Positions 7,645-19,111 of a stretch of DNA of 22,708 nucleotides are shown in pieces (position 1 is the stretch's first letter; each line of letters begins with the position of its first letter). The notes under the pieces are model-generated. The model had not been told where the DNA came from and ran no database searches. It saw only the letters and a program-made list of their open reading frames with translations. Source of the DNA: Balamuthia mandrillaris (taxonomy: Eukaryota); contig JAVKOQ020000039.1 of NCBI GenBank assembly GCA_031835245.2, positions 248,001-270,708 of the forward strand, given 5' to 3'. The position numbers were made by a program, and so were the translations under genes.

Positions 7645-10600
7645 ATGTGGAAAAGGCGACAACCTGCTGCTGGCCCTACCGCTGCTCCTCTTTCGGACCA
7701 TAACCCAACCAGCGCGGGCAGTCCACTGGCTGGCTGGAGTGACGCCAGGAAAAGGCAAGACCTCATTCTCTGTTGTTCTCGTGTTGTGTCCTCCAAATCG
7801 GAACCTTTGCTGACTGTACGGAAAGGGCCTATGTCTTGCTAGACTCCAATCCCAATGCCTACTATTACCGCTTCAATGCGCCTGGAGAGATGCCTCGCTA
7901 TGGACCGTGGTCTGAGGAAGAGAAGAAACTGTTTCTCAGCAAGCTTGCTGAATCAGAAGGGGAAGTTAAACAATGGGGTGAGCCCTTCCTTCAATCCGTT
8001 TGGTTGGTTGGTCGGTCGGTCGTTTGTTTCGTGTCGTTCATTTTTGTACTAATGGGTGTTGGTGAATGTGGTGGGACAACTTGCAGGCCTATTTTCAAGA
8101 AGCATTCCAGGGAGGGTGGGCTACCAGTGCAGCAACTACTACCGCTTGCTTGTACAGCGGGGAGAATTGCAGAGCTCAAGTTATGTCAAGGACGACGAAG
8201 GGCAGATCCATTATGTTGGAAAACAGAGGGGTAATGGTCGTCGGGGTGGCCCTAACAAAGGGTGCCCCATGACCCATGGTCTTGCAACACAACCCCACAC
8301 CAGTTCTTACTCCTCAGACCCTCTATTTCATGGCACCGGAAAGAAACCCCAGTCGAAGAAGAAATCAAACAAAAAGTGCAAGCCACGAGGCATCCAACCC
8401 AAAGAAGCTCTTTCATCGGTTGTATTCCCTTCTTCATCGGAAAGCCTGGCCGACGAAAGACAAGCAGCATCACTCAACGCCTATCATCTACACAGTCCTA
8501 ATGGCGGAAGACTTATTGAGACACAGCAGCAAACATCATTTTTAAAGAAAATGGTAACAGTGGAGCATCTGCCTCCACAAAACTTTATCCATCTCACTTT
8601 CAAGGAGGCTAGTGGGAATCAATCAGATTTTGCTGGAAGCCATATTCCTATCTCTGACTTGGAGCTTTGCTGTCTTTGTGGATCCAGCGGGATTGGCAAA
8701 GACCAAGCCTGTTTGCTTTGGTGCCATGACTGCAGCGAGGTACCTCACTCATCTCTTTAGAATCTCAGTTTTTCAACATAGTGCCTATTCTCTACTCTCT
8801 GCTCTCCTCGCGTGCTCTCTCTCTCTCTCTCTCTCTCTCTCCGTTATCTTTAACTTATTCCAGTAACAAAACGCCTTGCGGCGGTTCAGTGCTACCATTC
8901 CTATTGCCTTTCCACAGAGCTTCGCCTATACGGAGAGAAAAAGCGTCACTGGCGCTGCCCCGACTGCAAAGTATGCGAGGTGTGTAAGGATCCCGGAGAC
9001 GAGGATCGCCTACTTGTTTGTGAGCGGTGCGACGACGGCTTTCATACATTTTGCCTACAGCCTCCGCTACTCGAAATCCCTTCAGGGACTTGGTATTGTG
9101 ACAGTTGCGCCGATAATCCCCCTGCTATAGTGACAGAGAGCTCAGACATAGACTTTGATCGGCTACCACAACGAGTGTATGCACGGGTTGAGGATAAACG
9201 CTCTGCTCCGAAGGCCCACCTTCATGCCACGAATCGGTTGTTGGAACAACCGAGAATATCCATGACTCGAGAACAGCAGAGACAGTTTGAAGGATTATTG
9301 TTTGACTTGTATGAAATGCAAGCTCAAATAGCCTCCCTCGACTACCGCTCGGATCTTGCTGGGCTCAGTTATGAGGAAGCAGAGCCATTTGGAAAGAATG
9401 ACAGAGCGGTGGAAGAAGAACGAGAGAACGAGGCTGAAGCCACGCTTAAACAGGACGTTGATCAGCGACCTGTCTTGGAAGATAGGTGTTGTTTCTGTTG
9501 TAGCTGTTGTCCAGATGTAACCCCTCAGCCTCTCCTCGCCCCACCTATGTTTGCTATCGGAAAAAATGACAGTAGAGAATGCACCTTCTGTGGCCAAAGA
9601 GGGGATAGTATGCCTTGCCAAGAAGGGAGACTACTTCCCCTAACCACAGATAAGTGGTGCCATGCCAATTGTGCAAGGGTATTTATGTCCTTCTGATTCA
9701 CTAAGTTTCCTTCGGCTAGATTCTTACTTTTTTGTGTCACTGTGTTTTTTTGCGTGGTTCCGGATCTAGTGGTCTTCCGAAGTTTATGCATGCCCAGATG
9801 GTGGGCTCATGAATGTAGAAAAGGCTGCAATGCGTGGCAGGAATATGGTATGTTACTTGCATGTAGATTCTTGCTTTTCCGCGTTTGCTCGCTTGCTCGC
9901 TAGGCTGACCTCTACCTATGAGTCCAGAGGTGCTCGCATTGTGGGAACAAAGGTGCCACCATTGGCTGCGCTGTGGCTAAATGCAGCAAAACTTATCATT
10001 TTATGTGCGCTAGGCAAGCTGGATGTCTCTTCCTATCGAACAACTGCACTTTTTGCGCTGAAGACGCTCAGACAAGAAGTACCCAGTCACTACTAGATGC
10101 CTTTGCTCCTTTATTGCCCCGCCAACAAGCCCTCTTCCGTAGAGTCTATGTTTTACGCAAAACGAAAGTCTTGGCAACCTCCTTGCCCGACGATGATACC
10201 CTTCTGGAACTCAAAAAAGAGGATCCAACTCTATTTTCAGAGAATGGAACAATACCTTATTCTGTTGCCTCTCAGCCCCTAGTTTATGAAAGACGCGTTG
10301 GAGGGTTGACACTGAGCTTCCTTGGCATTATCGTTTATGAATATCCCGCCTTCCACTCGGATACTACCCTCTATCCCGTCGGTTTCAAATCCATACGCAC
10401 TTTTTGGAGCATGACCCAACCGTGGAAGAAATGGTAGCTTCCTTCTGCTCATCTATCCTCGCTTCCTCCCACGATTCATCCTAACGTCCTATTTTTTGGT
10501 TACAACAACCAAGTGCTTACACAAATGAAATCCACTTCGACCGACGCAATAATAGTCCTGTCTTCATCGTTACTTCCTTAGACGGTGGCAAGTCTGTTGT

Positions 10601-11766
10601 GGCCTCTTCCCCTGCAGGTTTTTGTGCTGGGGTTTCTCCCATCCCCTCTTTTGCCTTTTCCCTTTTTCTCGTTCTCCCTCTTCAATCCGCTACCTATTGG
10701 GCTGTGGCAAGAGTTGATGAATGGCCTGTTGCTAAACGATGCTAAGACCATCTTTCGTGTTAACACAACAACAAAACAGAGGCATGGGGAAAAATCGTGT
10801 ACGCCGTGCAGCAGCAACAGGAGAATACAGAGCAAACTGTCATAACTAACAGCATTGCAGAGCACTATTTTGGACTGTCTGCACCTTGGGTAAAACAGCG
10901 ATTGGAATATCTTGAAAATGCCACTCGGTGTAGAAGGTTGTTTCATTCAGTTATTTGTTTTTTTTTAATGCTAGCTCACTCACATGTATTTTGTTGCCTT
11001 ATGCCCAGATATCAGTTTCAGTACCGAGATGTAACTCAAATAACAAGTGTGTTGCCAACCCCAAATGTAAATGGCTGTGCACGGTGTATTGCCTTTCTAA
11101 AGGGCAAACAGAAAAAGACCAAATATTTGTATGGGCAACCCATTTCTAGTTTTATGGCTCGGATGGAGAAAGTCCGCCAGGAGTATACAGCAGCATTGGT
11201 TCATTCTGACCATGCACTAAGTATTCCTACCACTATTGAGTACAAAAAATTGCAGTCAAAACAGCGACGGCTGCATGTATATCGGTCTAATATTCATGAC
11301 TGGGGTGTATTTACATTAGAACCCATCAAGCCTAATGAAATGATTGTGGAATATGTTGGTATGGTTCCTTCTTGCTTTAGTCTGTCCTATGCTTACTAAT
11401 CCTCTCTTTACTGCTTAATTCTGTGCTGGTTCTTTTGCAGGAGAAATTATTAGGCAAAAGGTTGCTGATGAGCGAGAAGCTCAGTATTTCAAGCGTGGAA
11501 TTGGAACTTATATGTTTCGTCTTGATGATGACCTCATTGTGGATGCTACCATGAAAGGCAACATTTCACGTATGATGAACCACTGCTGTGAACCAAATGC
11601 AATTGCCAGGTTGGTAAAAATAGATGGAGAACCACACATAATTCTCTATGCAGCACAATACATTGCCCCAATGCAAGAAATAACTTATGATTATAACTTC
11701 CCAATTGAAGATATCAAAATCCCTTGTTATTGTGGTGCTTCGTCTTGTAGAGGCTTTCTTAATTGA
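7645..11766 (+). CDS. Trithorax/MLL (KMT2)-like histone H3K4 methyltransferase: Myb-like, 2x PHD, ePHD, FYRN/FYRC, WIN-like, SET, post-SET (~1074 aa; exons 7645-7754, 7826-7977, 8087-8739, 8890-9678, 9770-9847, 9928-10433, 10514-10617, 10780-10936, 11009-11358, 11441-11766)
   Basis: Myb-like: GPWSEEEKKLF...WGLFSRSIPGRVGYQCSNYYR. PHDs: CCLCGS..CHDCSECYHSYC..WRCPDC and CEVC..CERCDDGFHTFCL..WYCDSC. ePHD: WCHANCARWSSEV..GATIGC..TYHFMCA. FYR: LYPVGFKSIRTFWS and HYFGLS. WIN-like: GCAR. SET: SNIHDWGVF..EYVGE..NHCCEPN..EITYDY. Post-SET: CYCGASSCRGFLN. The exon total is divisible by 3. Confidence 0.93.
8815..8841. repeat. (CT)n microsatellite in SET gene intron 3
   Basis: Perfect dinucleotide run seen directly. 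Confidence 0.9.
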
Positions 11767-11769
11767 GAT

Positions 11770-12350
11770 AATAAATAAATTTATTTAAGAGTTTTTGTAT
11801 TCATACAACAATAAAAATGCTAAAGTAAAATACACATTGCACTGTGGTTTTTGCCAGGACTTGTACATTCTCTCTCATCCTTGTTTTCTAAACAAATGAA
11901 AGGTGTTGAATGAGTTTTCAGACTAGCTTTGCACAATATCTATTCTCCTCTTTTCTCTTTTTCTCATTAAAAGGAATGAATAACATGAATAGACAGGGCC
12001 AAGACGTATTATTCAAGAGGGAACAAGGGAACAAATGGTGTCAAAAGGGAAAGGTGAGGTATAAATAAAACAAAACTAACTAAAGAAAAAAAGAAGGAAG
12101 CAACAGAATAAAAGGAAGAAGCCAAGTGATGTGGCAGTAGGTCCATGTCACAAATGTTGACAGGAAGAAAAGAAAAGAAAGAGCTATTCTCCTTCCTTAC
12201 TAGCCTTATCACATTTCCTTTGCTTATTCTACGTTATTTCTAAGGATTGATGAAATGCAAAAGAACATCCATACTTCCAATTTGCTCTTATTGTCCATAA
12301 TCTCTATACTTGTTTTCAACTTTCCTTGCATTGTTCCCTTAAGTTCTTTT
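11770..12350 (-). mobile_element. Diverged inverted 3' fragment of the same LINE family, interrupted by a ~234-bp insert (11950-12183)
   Basis: The reverse complement of 12210-12340 aligns with 12773-12890 (GGAACAATG..GAGATTATGG..AAGAGCAA..TTGGAAG..TGCATTT..ATCAATC). The reverse complement of 11895-11935 matches CAAAG.TAGTCTGAAA.CTCATTCAACACCTTTCA. The left boundary is uncertain. Confidence 0.65.
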
Positions 12351-12607
12351 ATCATATAGTATATAGATTGTCAACAGAAAAAAAAGAATGGAATGAAAAA
12401 AAATAAAGAGTTGATATATTGGCAGGTCCTAGGACCCTGGTGCATTCCACTGGCAGTTGAGTGAGGACAGGATGATAACACCATGTTGGAGCCTTGGTGA
12501 GTTGTTTAAAAACCAGGTTATAATACACACCTTAAGAATGATATACTATTTATGGAAAACAGGTTTGGCCATTGTATAAATAAATTATGCTTTCTAGAAA
12601 GGATCTG

Positions 12608-13110
12608 AAACAGCAGAACACTTCCTGTTAAGATGTCCAAATCTTTGGGAAGATCGCTTTAGAATCTGGAGTGTGGACAATGGAAATGAAGAACAAGTCA
12701 GAAAGCTGATTATAAAGGACTGTACAACAAAGCTCTTGTCGAGCGGAAAGAAATGCAACAGAGATCAAGAGATGGAACAATGTAAGCAAAGTTGTAAAAG
12801 AGTCTGGAGATTATGGGCAGCAAGAGCAAGTTGGAAGCATGGAAGTTCTTCTGCATTTTATCAATCTTTGGAAGTAATGTAAAAGCAAAGAAAAGAGAAG
12901 AAAGGAAAGGGAAAGAAAAAGGATAGCAAGATGATACAAAGTTAGTCTGAAATCTCATTCAACACCTTTCACTTGTGAACTTGAATAACAATTGGAAAGG
13001 CATCGAGGATGAGGGAGTAAGAGAAGTAAAAGTACACTATGTATGTACAATGCTTACTTTTTATGTATAGATTGGTGTTGCTCTCAGAGCAAATAAACTT
13101 CTTATTACTA
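12608..13110 (+). mobile_element. 5'-truncated non-LTR retrotransposon (LINE) 3' end with 14-bp TSD CTAGAAAGGATCTG
   Basis: TSD at 12594-12607 and 13111-13124. Near-identical to 18603-19105. Encodes the ETAEHFLLRCP zinc-knuckle remnant. AATAAA is followed by a (TAC)n tail. Confidence 0.88.
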
Positions 13111-13167
13111 CTAGAAAGGATCTGCTAGGGCCATGGACACTTGCTGGTTGTGTTGAAGTGCATCATG

Positions 13168-13507
13168 TGTTGAAAAACTCCAACATAATAGCTCTTCTTC
13201 TCTTCCTGTCGACCTCTTCTTCATGCCTGTTGACCTAAGGAAACCTCTCCATGTCCAACTTCTCCTTTTTTGAACTTCTCTTTTCTTGTTGTTTTCTCTC
13301 TTTGCTCTTTTATGCTGATTCTCTGCTCTTCTTTCTTGGATAATTGTTCAGCTTAAATACTGCCTCTCCTTGCTTTTCCTCTTGGGACAAACTTGCAACA
13401 CTACACAAGATACCTTACTTTCACTTACACTCATTACTTTAGTAAATTAAGTTCAGGTCTTATATTTACTTTGTCTCAGCTATCATTCCCGTTCTGATTT
13501 TACAACA
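13168..13507. mobile_element. Solo LTR (340 bp) with 4-bp TSD CATG
   Basis: Inverted termini TGTTGAAAAA...TTTTACAACA. CATG at 13164-13167 and 13508-13511. Removing it restores the minus-strand frame PLDIARKIIKGIHDALQHNQQVSMALADPF. Confidence 0.8.
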
Positions 13508-13709
13508 CATGGATGCCTTTAATGATTTTTCGAGCAATGTCAAGAGGAGGTGGAAGTTCAACATATTGATCTGTGTCAGAAATGTTGGAGTCATCTTCCT
13601 TGAACTCTTCTCATTCACCAGGAAGAGGATAACACACAAGAAGGCATAAGACCAATTCTAATGCATCACATTATGTTATGTTTCTTTCAAATAAGATCTC
13701 ATGCTCACC

Positions 13710-13991
13710 TTAGAGCAGCATGATGAAGAAGTGGTGATATAGCTTACAGGAGCCACAGTCAATGTAGACATGTGCTGCACAGCAGGCAACATGAGTGGTG
13801 GACTTGTCATCTAATGTGATCTCTATGTTGTCAATGTGAGAAATGACAGTATAGTGGTGTTCACAGGACGCTGGATAGAGGGACTTTTCTGCCACTGCTG
13901 GAGAGATAAAAGAGTGAGATGCTTCAAAGTCTATGAAGGCTGTGGCACACTGACAGTTAAGGAGGATGGAAGCCATGATAGGAAGTTCCAC
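13710..13991 (-). pseudogene. Retrotransposon aspartic protease remnant
   Basis: ATAFIDFEASHSFIS is a degenerate gag-asp protease active-site motif. It lies downstream of the gag-like ORF. Confidence 0.7.
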
Positions 13992-15087
13992 TATGTCCTC
14001 ACAGTCGTCTTTTACATCATCATTATCATCTATATCAAGACCTGGTGACTACAAGGCTGAAAGTGTCCATAGCTCTGAAAGAGAGAATTAAGATCAATGA
14101 TAGTAAGCTCTAATTGCCTTGGATCTCTCAGGCATGGTAGCTTCCATGAACTCCTACTTTGCAGTAGCATCTAGTTTGTTTGTAGATGGCTAGTTGGTGC
14201 CAAAGGGAGGCGAAACTGGTGAAAGAGACAGTGATGAAGGTGGTGATGGTGCTGAAGCTAGTTGCTGAGACTGTGATGTTTGCACCTGACTAGAGTTGAG
14301 TGCTGCAGGCTGGTGGGGTTTACACTAATGACCAGGATGCTGTTAGAAAGGGCAAATAACACGAACGGACGGGGCCAAAACGTATTATTGAATAATACGG
14401 GTCATCATGTTCAAGGTTGTATACAAATAGACGAGTCAGAATCTTGGAAGAATTCAATGGAGAGTCCAAAGAGGTAGGTCATGTCAAAGAAAAGCTCTGT
14501 AAAGGATGTATCAGCTGCATGATAAGGGGTGTGCACATGGGGTGGACTGTCAAAGAAGAGGCTCTCTTTGCCTTCTTTGACCTTCTCAGGCTCAGTGTGT
14601 TGTTGCCATTGGGCTTTGACCACCTGGTTGAGCTCAATGCACTCAAGGCAGTCCAGAACCTTGTTCACAATGTGGATGAGGGTGTCCATAATGGTTGTCT
14701 CATAGTACTTAAAGATGGACTTGTTGGTGTGCTCAAGAAGGACATTAACAGCTTCTATGAGGTAGGAGATATAGAAGGTTTGAGGCTCAAGGCAATCAAG
14801 CAGTTTGGAGAGGTATTGGAGGTTTTTCTGCTCCACTGGCTGGTAAGCATGATCCAGTTCCTGGATGTGATGCTCTGCAGAGTAGAGTTCCCATTTTGTA
14901 GCTGTTAATCGGGCAAAGGTTTGATCCTCATTGACCATCTGGTGTTTGTCCAGAGATTTGAGGAGCTTGTTTCATGTGAAAGTTCTGGAGGAGATAAATT
15001 GTTTCAATGTTAAGTACCATACTTGTCATCATCACTCATTGTTGTGAGGCTGAACCTTTTCTACTACTAAGAGTTTGCTTAAAAAAA

Positions 15088-15256
15088 TATTGATGGGATA
15101 AACTTTGTGGATCAAGAAAGGAACAGCACATAAGTGACTCTGGGTTTATTCACAGGAAAAAGTGGTGGACCAAAGTGTGTGATTTGAATATGTCATGAGG
15201 AAAAAGAGAAAATAAAAGGGGTGAATTTGGGGTATCCAGGGAGAGTGTTGTTGACA
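15088..15256 (-). repeat. 5' LTR of the Gypsy-like element (short, 169 bp)
   Basis: Similar to both ends of 17633-18099 (TAAGTGACTCTGGGTTTATTCACA, GGACCAAAGTGTGT, AATTTGGGGTATCCA, TGTTGTTGACA). Contains a minus-strand AATAAA and directly precedes the gag-like region. Confidence 0.72.
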
Positions 15257-15299
15257 GGAAGTCATAATTTTTATGACTTTTTACATCGTTGGTTTTCAA

Positions 15300-15420
15300 A
15301 CAATTTGGCCTCTTGAACTTGCTTCATAGCCTTCCCATTAAGTCTTTACTCCTTATCATGAGCTTTCTTTCCTTGAACTATTACCATTGATTTCTTTGCA
15401 TACCTAATGTTCCCATTCAG
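15300..15420 (-). pseudogene. Possible non-LTR reverse transcriptase fragment
   Basis: NIRYAKKSMVIVQGKKAHDKE*RLNGKAMKQVQEAK resembles the LINE RT segment preceding KYLG. It is short and decayed. Confidence 0.35.
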
Positions 15421-16179
15421 TTAGTTAATAGCACTTGACCATAGTACTAATCTGCAATAATGAAGCAAGGGGTGTCAAAAGGGAGGAAGGGAGGTGTAAG
15501 ACCACCAATGACCTAAAAGGAGCATAGGTACAGCTAAGAGAGACAGTTCTCAAGAATCATGTGAATGCTAAGACAATGAACAATCTCAAAGTTGTACTCT
15601 GAGATAAGGAGAGCCCAACTGTTGAAGATGTAGTTTTATTATCGGAATTATTATTTTGATAAAAATTGTTTTCATTAAAATTGAAAGTCAATTATGCAAA
15701 GGCCCCAATGGTAGTCATTGCTGTTGAAGCTTTCATTGTTTCATTCTCTGCCTGAGATAGACATTGCAAAAGGGCATAGATTGCTACACAGGAGAAAAAT
15801 AAGAGGTCAGAAAGAAATAGCAAACTCTCTTGCAAACCAATGAGAGCATACCCATTACTACTCTGAACCATAATGCATCGACTGCAACCATACTCATGAC
15901 CATAAGTAAGGTTAGAACTTTTACATGAGGGGTGGAACTTGCATCACTGTTATCCCTTTCCCTTTGCTTGGGAATGAGGTTACAGCACGTCTGCTTTCAA
16001 TTCCTTTCAGTTTTTGGTTTTAACAACCATTATTGTTCCCATCATTCTTGCCCAACATACTTTTCTTTTTGTTTCCACCTTTTTTTTATATAAAGTTACC
16101 AGTGACACAACACAACCATCACACACCTATTTTGTTTGTTTGTTTGGCTTTTGTTTTTGTTTTTTCCTTTTTTTTCATT

Positions 16180-17260
16180 ATGGAAGAGAAGAAAAAAAGA
16201 TTTGCAGAGATTTATGGGTGGATTTTTGAAAGAATGGTTCCATTGCAGCAGCTTTCAAGGTTGTACAATGGAGAAGAAGATGCTCTGACCTTCTATTGAG
16301 TCCAATGGAGATCAACTCATGGGCTTACAAAGTGAACAGGAGTGAAGGTGCTTAGTAATCCTCTCACCACCCTTGATGGAGTGAAAGTGTTGGTGCTGAC
16401 AGTCAAGAAAATGAAGAATGGAGTCCTTGAGGTTGCACTCCGTGAGAATCTTCACTGCTCTGGTAGCTTTGCCTGTACTCCTCCAAGCAGAAAGAAAAAC
16501 AAAAAAAAAAGGACTGTGGAGTGCAAAGCTGTTGGGTGGTGTTTAGAGACAAGCTGAACACTGCCTACATCTACATCCAAAAGGAAGCCCAAAGCCACAG
16601 ACCTGGGTTTTTCTGCAATGCCTATGACGCCTGCACTTTGACAATGGCTCTGCCAGATGGATGGGCAAGGAGCAAAAGAAGACAGGATGAAAGGAGGGGA
16701 GGAGCAATGATGACGCATGAGCTGCAACAACTATTGCTGGGGGGTGCTTGTGAGCTGGTCAAGGATGCTATTGATGTACCAACTGTGATGGAGATTGCCA
16801 CTATAATCCACAACAGAAGGAAAAAACTGCAAATCAGCAAGAAAGGCCAAACCAAAGCAGAAGCCCTCCAAGAGGCCTGGAATCAACATGAGCTGGCTTC
16901 CATTATCCTTTTTCCACCTTTGGAGAGCTGTGAAGCATACATCCTTGATCACACTGCAGCCCATCGGCCATGGATGATGTTTTTGATCACACCTTAGGCA
17001 GTCACTGTGCTTCAGCAATGGGGTAAGGAGGTAGTCAGCCTGACTTGGGATGGAGCTGGCCTGTTGCCTTCACTGTGGCTAGCAAGGAACGAGCTGTGGT
17101 TGTGTGCTTTTTTCTTTTGTCTGTTCATCACTTTTTTGAAACACAGACCACAATGATCTCTCTCCAACACCTACATGGCAACCCTTTGTAATGATCAACA
17201 AAGACAAGGTGGAGTGCAACAGGGCAACAAGCACTGGCTTTCAGGTGTTGACTTTCATAC
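16180..17260 (+). pseudogene. Mutator-like (MULE) DDE transposase relic
   Basis: Frame-disrupted translation from ATG 16180. It includes VLQQWGKEVVSL, then GWSWPVAFTVASKERAVVVCFFL (17048-), then WQPFVMINKDKVEC (17176-; ATC AAC may be ATC GAC after CpG decay). These MULE core motifs appear in the expected order. Confidence 0.65.
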
Positions 17261-17632
17261 AAACAAAGAAAAAGTGACTGTGCCCAGTGTGACAAAAAAA
17301 AGACTAGCAAAAAGAACCAAATAAAAAAAATAAACAGTTTTTCCTTGCCCATCCTCTCCTCTCTCCCCCCCCTCCCCCCCTCAAACTACGGAGGAAGAAA
17401 TGGGGGAGCAAACACTTGGTGACAGTTGCACAAAAATAATAGGTTGGTATAAATAATTACATATTAGGGACAACTACCTGAGGGATGGAACTTTAACGAA
17501 GTGTAAGGACCTTTTCTGTTGTGGGATGGGATGTTTACCCGATTTGCCTCTTTGACAAACCAACTCTACACAATGAAAACATACTATCACTACTTTTAAA
17601 CATGACAAAACCAAAAGTAAGATCAATGGTCT

Positions 17633-18099
17633 TGTTGATGGGGAATAACCCTGCGACTCAAGAAAGGGACGGCATGTAAGTGACTCTGGGTTTATTCACA
17701 TGAAAAAGGGGTGTGGACCAAAGTGTGTACTTTGAATATATATATCTCGAGAAAAAAGGGAAAATAAAAAGGAGTGAAAGAATTTGGGGTATCCAAAAGG
17801 AGGAAGGAAGTGGCAGATGGCCACACTCTCTTTTGCCTTTTTACTGAGTGTTGAATCAGCAGCGAACACCCCCTGCTTCCTCACCATTCCCCTCTCTTTG
17901 TTGCTCACAAAGAGAACACCAGGAAAGAAAAGAGAGGAGAGAGGTGGAAGCAGAATGCCAAGGAGAAAGGAGGAATAGGCCAAGGGGAACAAGAACTGTG
18001 GGTACTGTGTGTTGTACCTTTGGGAGACAACAACTGCAAAAGAAGAAGGAGAAGCAGGGCATAAATATTACATACCTGAGGGTTCCTTTGTTGTTGACA
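17633..18099 (-). repeat. LTR related to 15088-15256 (long 467-bp version, no internal domain attached)
   Basis: Minus-strand termini TGTCAACA...CATCAACA. Shares both terminal blocks with the short LTR and has ~300 bp extra internally. No TSD is recognisable. Confidence 0.68.
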
Positions 18100-18431
18100 A
18101 AATCATAACATGGAGGAATAGAACAAAGTGAACCAGTCCCTGTGCTTGCTCTCACTCTTCTGCAGTTTAACTCCCTCTTCTCCCACAACACTGAAGAAAC
18201 TAACACAGATAACAAAGAAGAAAAGATACTCGCATGATGCCTTATCCTCAATTTTATCTCTTTGATAAAGAACTGCAGGCCTTTAGCTAGCCTGTTCAAG
18301 GACAGCATAAGCCACTTGGAAGTCTTTCTATCTGTCCTCTAGGGTCTTTGGACAAGGGCAAGAGCAATGGCAATAGTGCATGGTTGTGTTTGTGCCAGTT
18401 TACAGTCTCCATAAATTCTATATGATGGAAA

Positions 18432-19111
18432 CAAATGGAAGATGTTTGGTTGGACAACAACGGAGCTTAGTGATTACCAACCCAAGGAAAGAACATTTGA
18501 TGAATGCTATTCGTTGTGGTGGACTGTCCATTGGAAAAAAGTGAGGAGCCATTCAGCAGTCTGAGGAGGATAGTAAGTGCCCTGCATGTGGTGCTGAGGA
18601 AGAAACAGCAGAATACTTCCTGTTAAGATGTCCAAATCTTTGGGAAGATCGCTTTAGAATCTGGAGTGTGGACAATGGAAATGAAGAACAAGTCAGAAAG
18701 CTGATTATAAAGGACTGTACAACAAAGCTCTTGTCGAGCGGAAAGAAATGCAACAGAGATCAAGAGATGGAACAATGTAAGCAAAGTTGTAAAAGAGTCT
18801 GGAGATTATGGGCAGCAAGAGCAAGTTGGAAGCATGGAAGTTCTTCTGCATTTTATCAATCTTTGGAAGTAATGTAAAAGCAAAGAAAAGAGAAGAAAGG
18901 AAAGGGAAAGAAAAAGGATAGCAAGATGATACAAAGTTAGTCTGAAATCTCATTCAACACCTTTCACTTGTGAACTTGAATAACAATTGGGAAGGCATTG
19001 AGGATGAGGAAGTAAGAGAAGTAAGAGTACACTATGTATGTACAATGCTTACTTTTTATGTATAGATTGGTGTTGCTCTCAGAGCAAATAAACTTCTTAT
19101 TACTACTACTG
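18432..19111 (+). mobile_element. 5'-truncated LINE 3' end with 14-bp TSD CTATATGATGGAAA
   Basis: TSD at 18418-18431 and 19112-19125. Encodes KCPACGAEEETAEYFLLRCP (non-LTR ORF2 C-terminal zinc knuckle) through to VWRLWAAR. AATAAA is followed by a TACTACTACT tail. Confidence 0.88.

Larger units (their letters stand above)
12420..15256 (-). mobile_element. Decayed Ty3/Gypsy-like LTR retrotransposon (LTR, gag-like, aspartic protease, integrase zinc-binding remnant), split by later insertions
   Basis: 5' LTR at 15088-15256. Gag-like coiled-coil ORF at 14411-14938. Retropepsin-like TAFIDFEASHSFIS at 13710-13991 (decayed DSGASHSFIS). HSTASGMHQGPRT near 12470-12425 resembles the integrase HHCC first half. 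No RT core was seen between protease and integrase. Confidence 0.7.

Noticed and set aside
11940..12193. 10-bp direct repeat CTATTCTCCT flanking a 234-bp insert as a defined MITE with TSD
   Set aside because: The termini are low-complexity purine/pyrimidine tracts with no clear TIR. An insertion is plausible but its class cannot be supported.
12673..18877. Identical 69-aa ORFs at 12673 and 18668 as a duplicated host gene or LTR pair
   Set aside because: They are C-terminal ends of LINE ORF2, each with its own TSD and tail.
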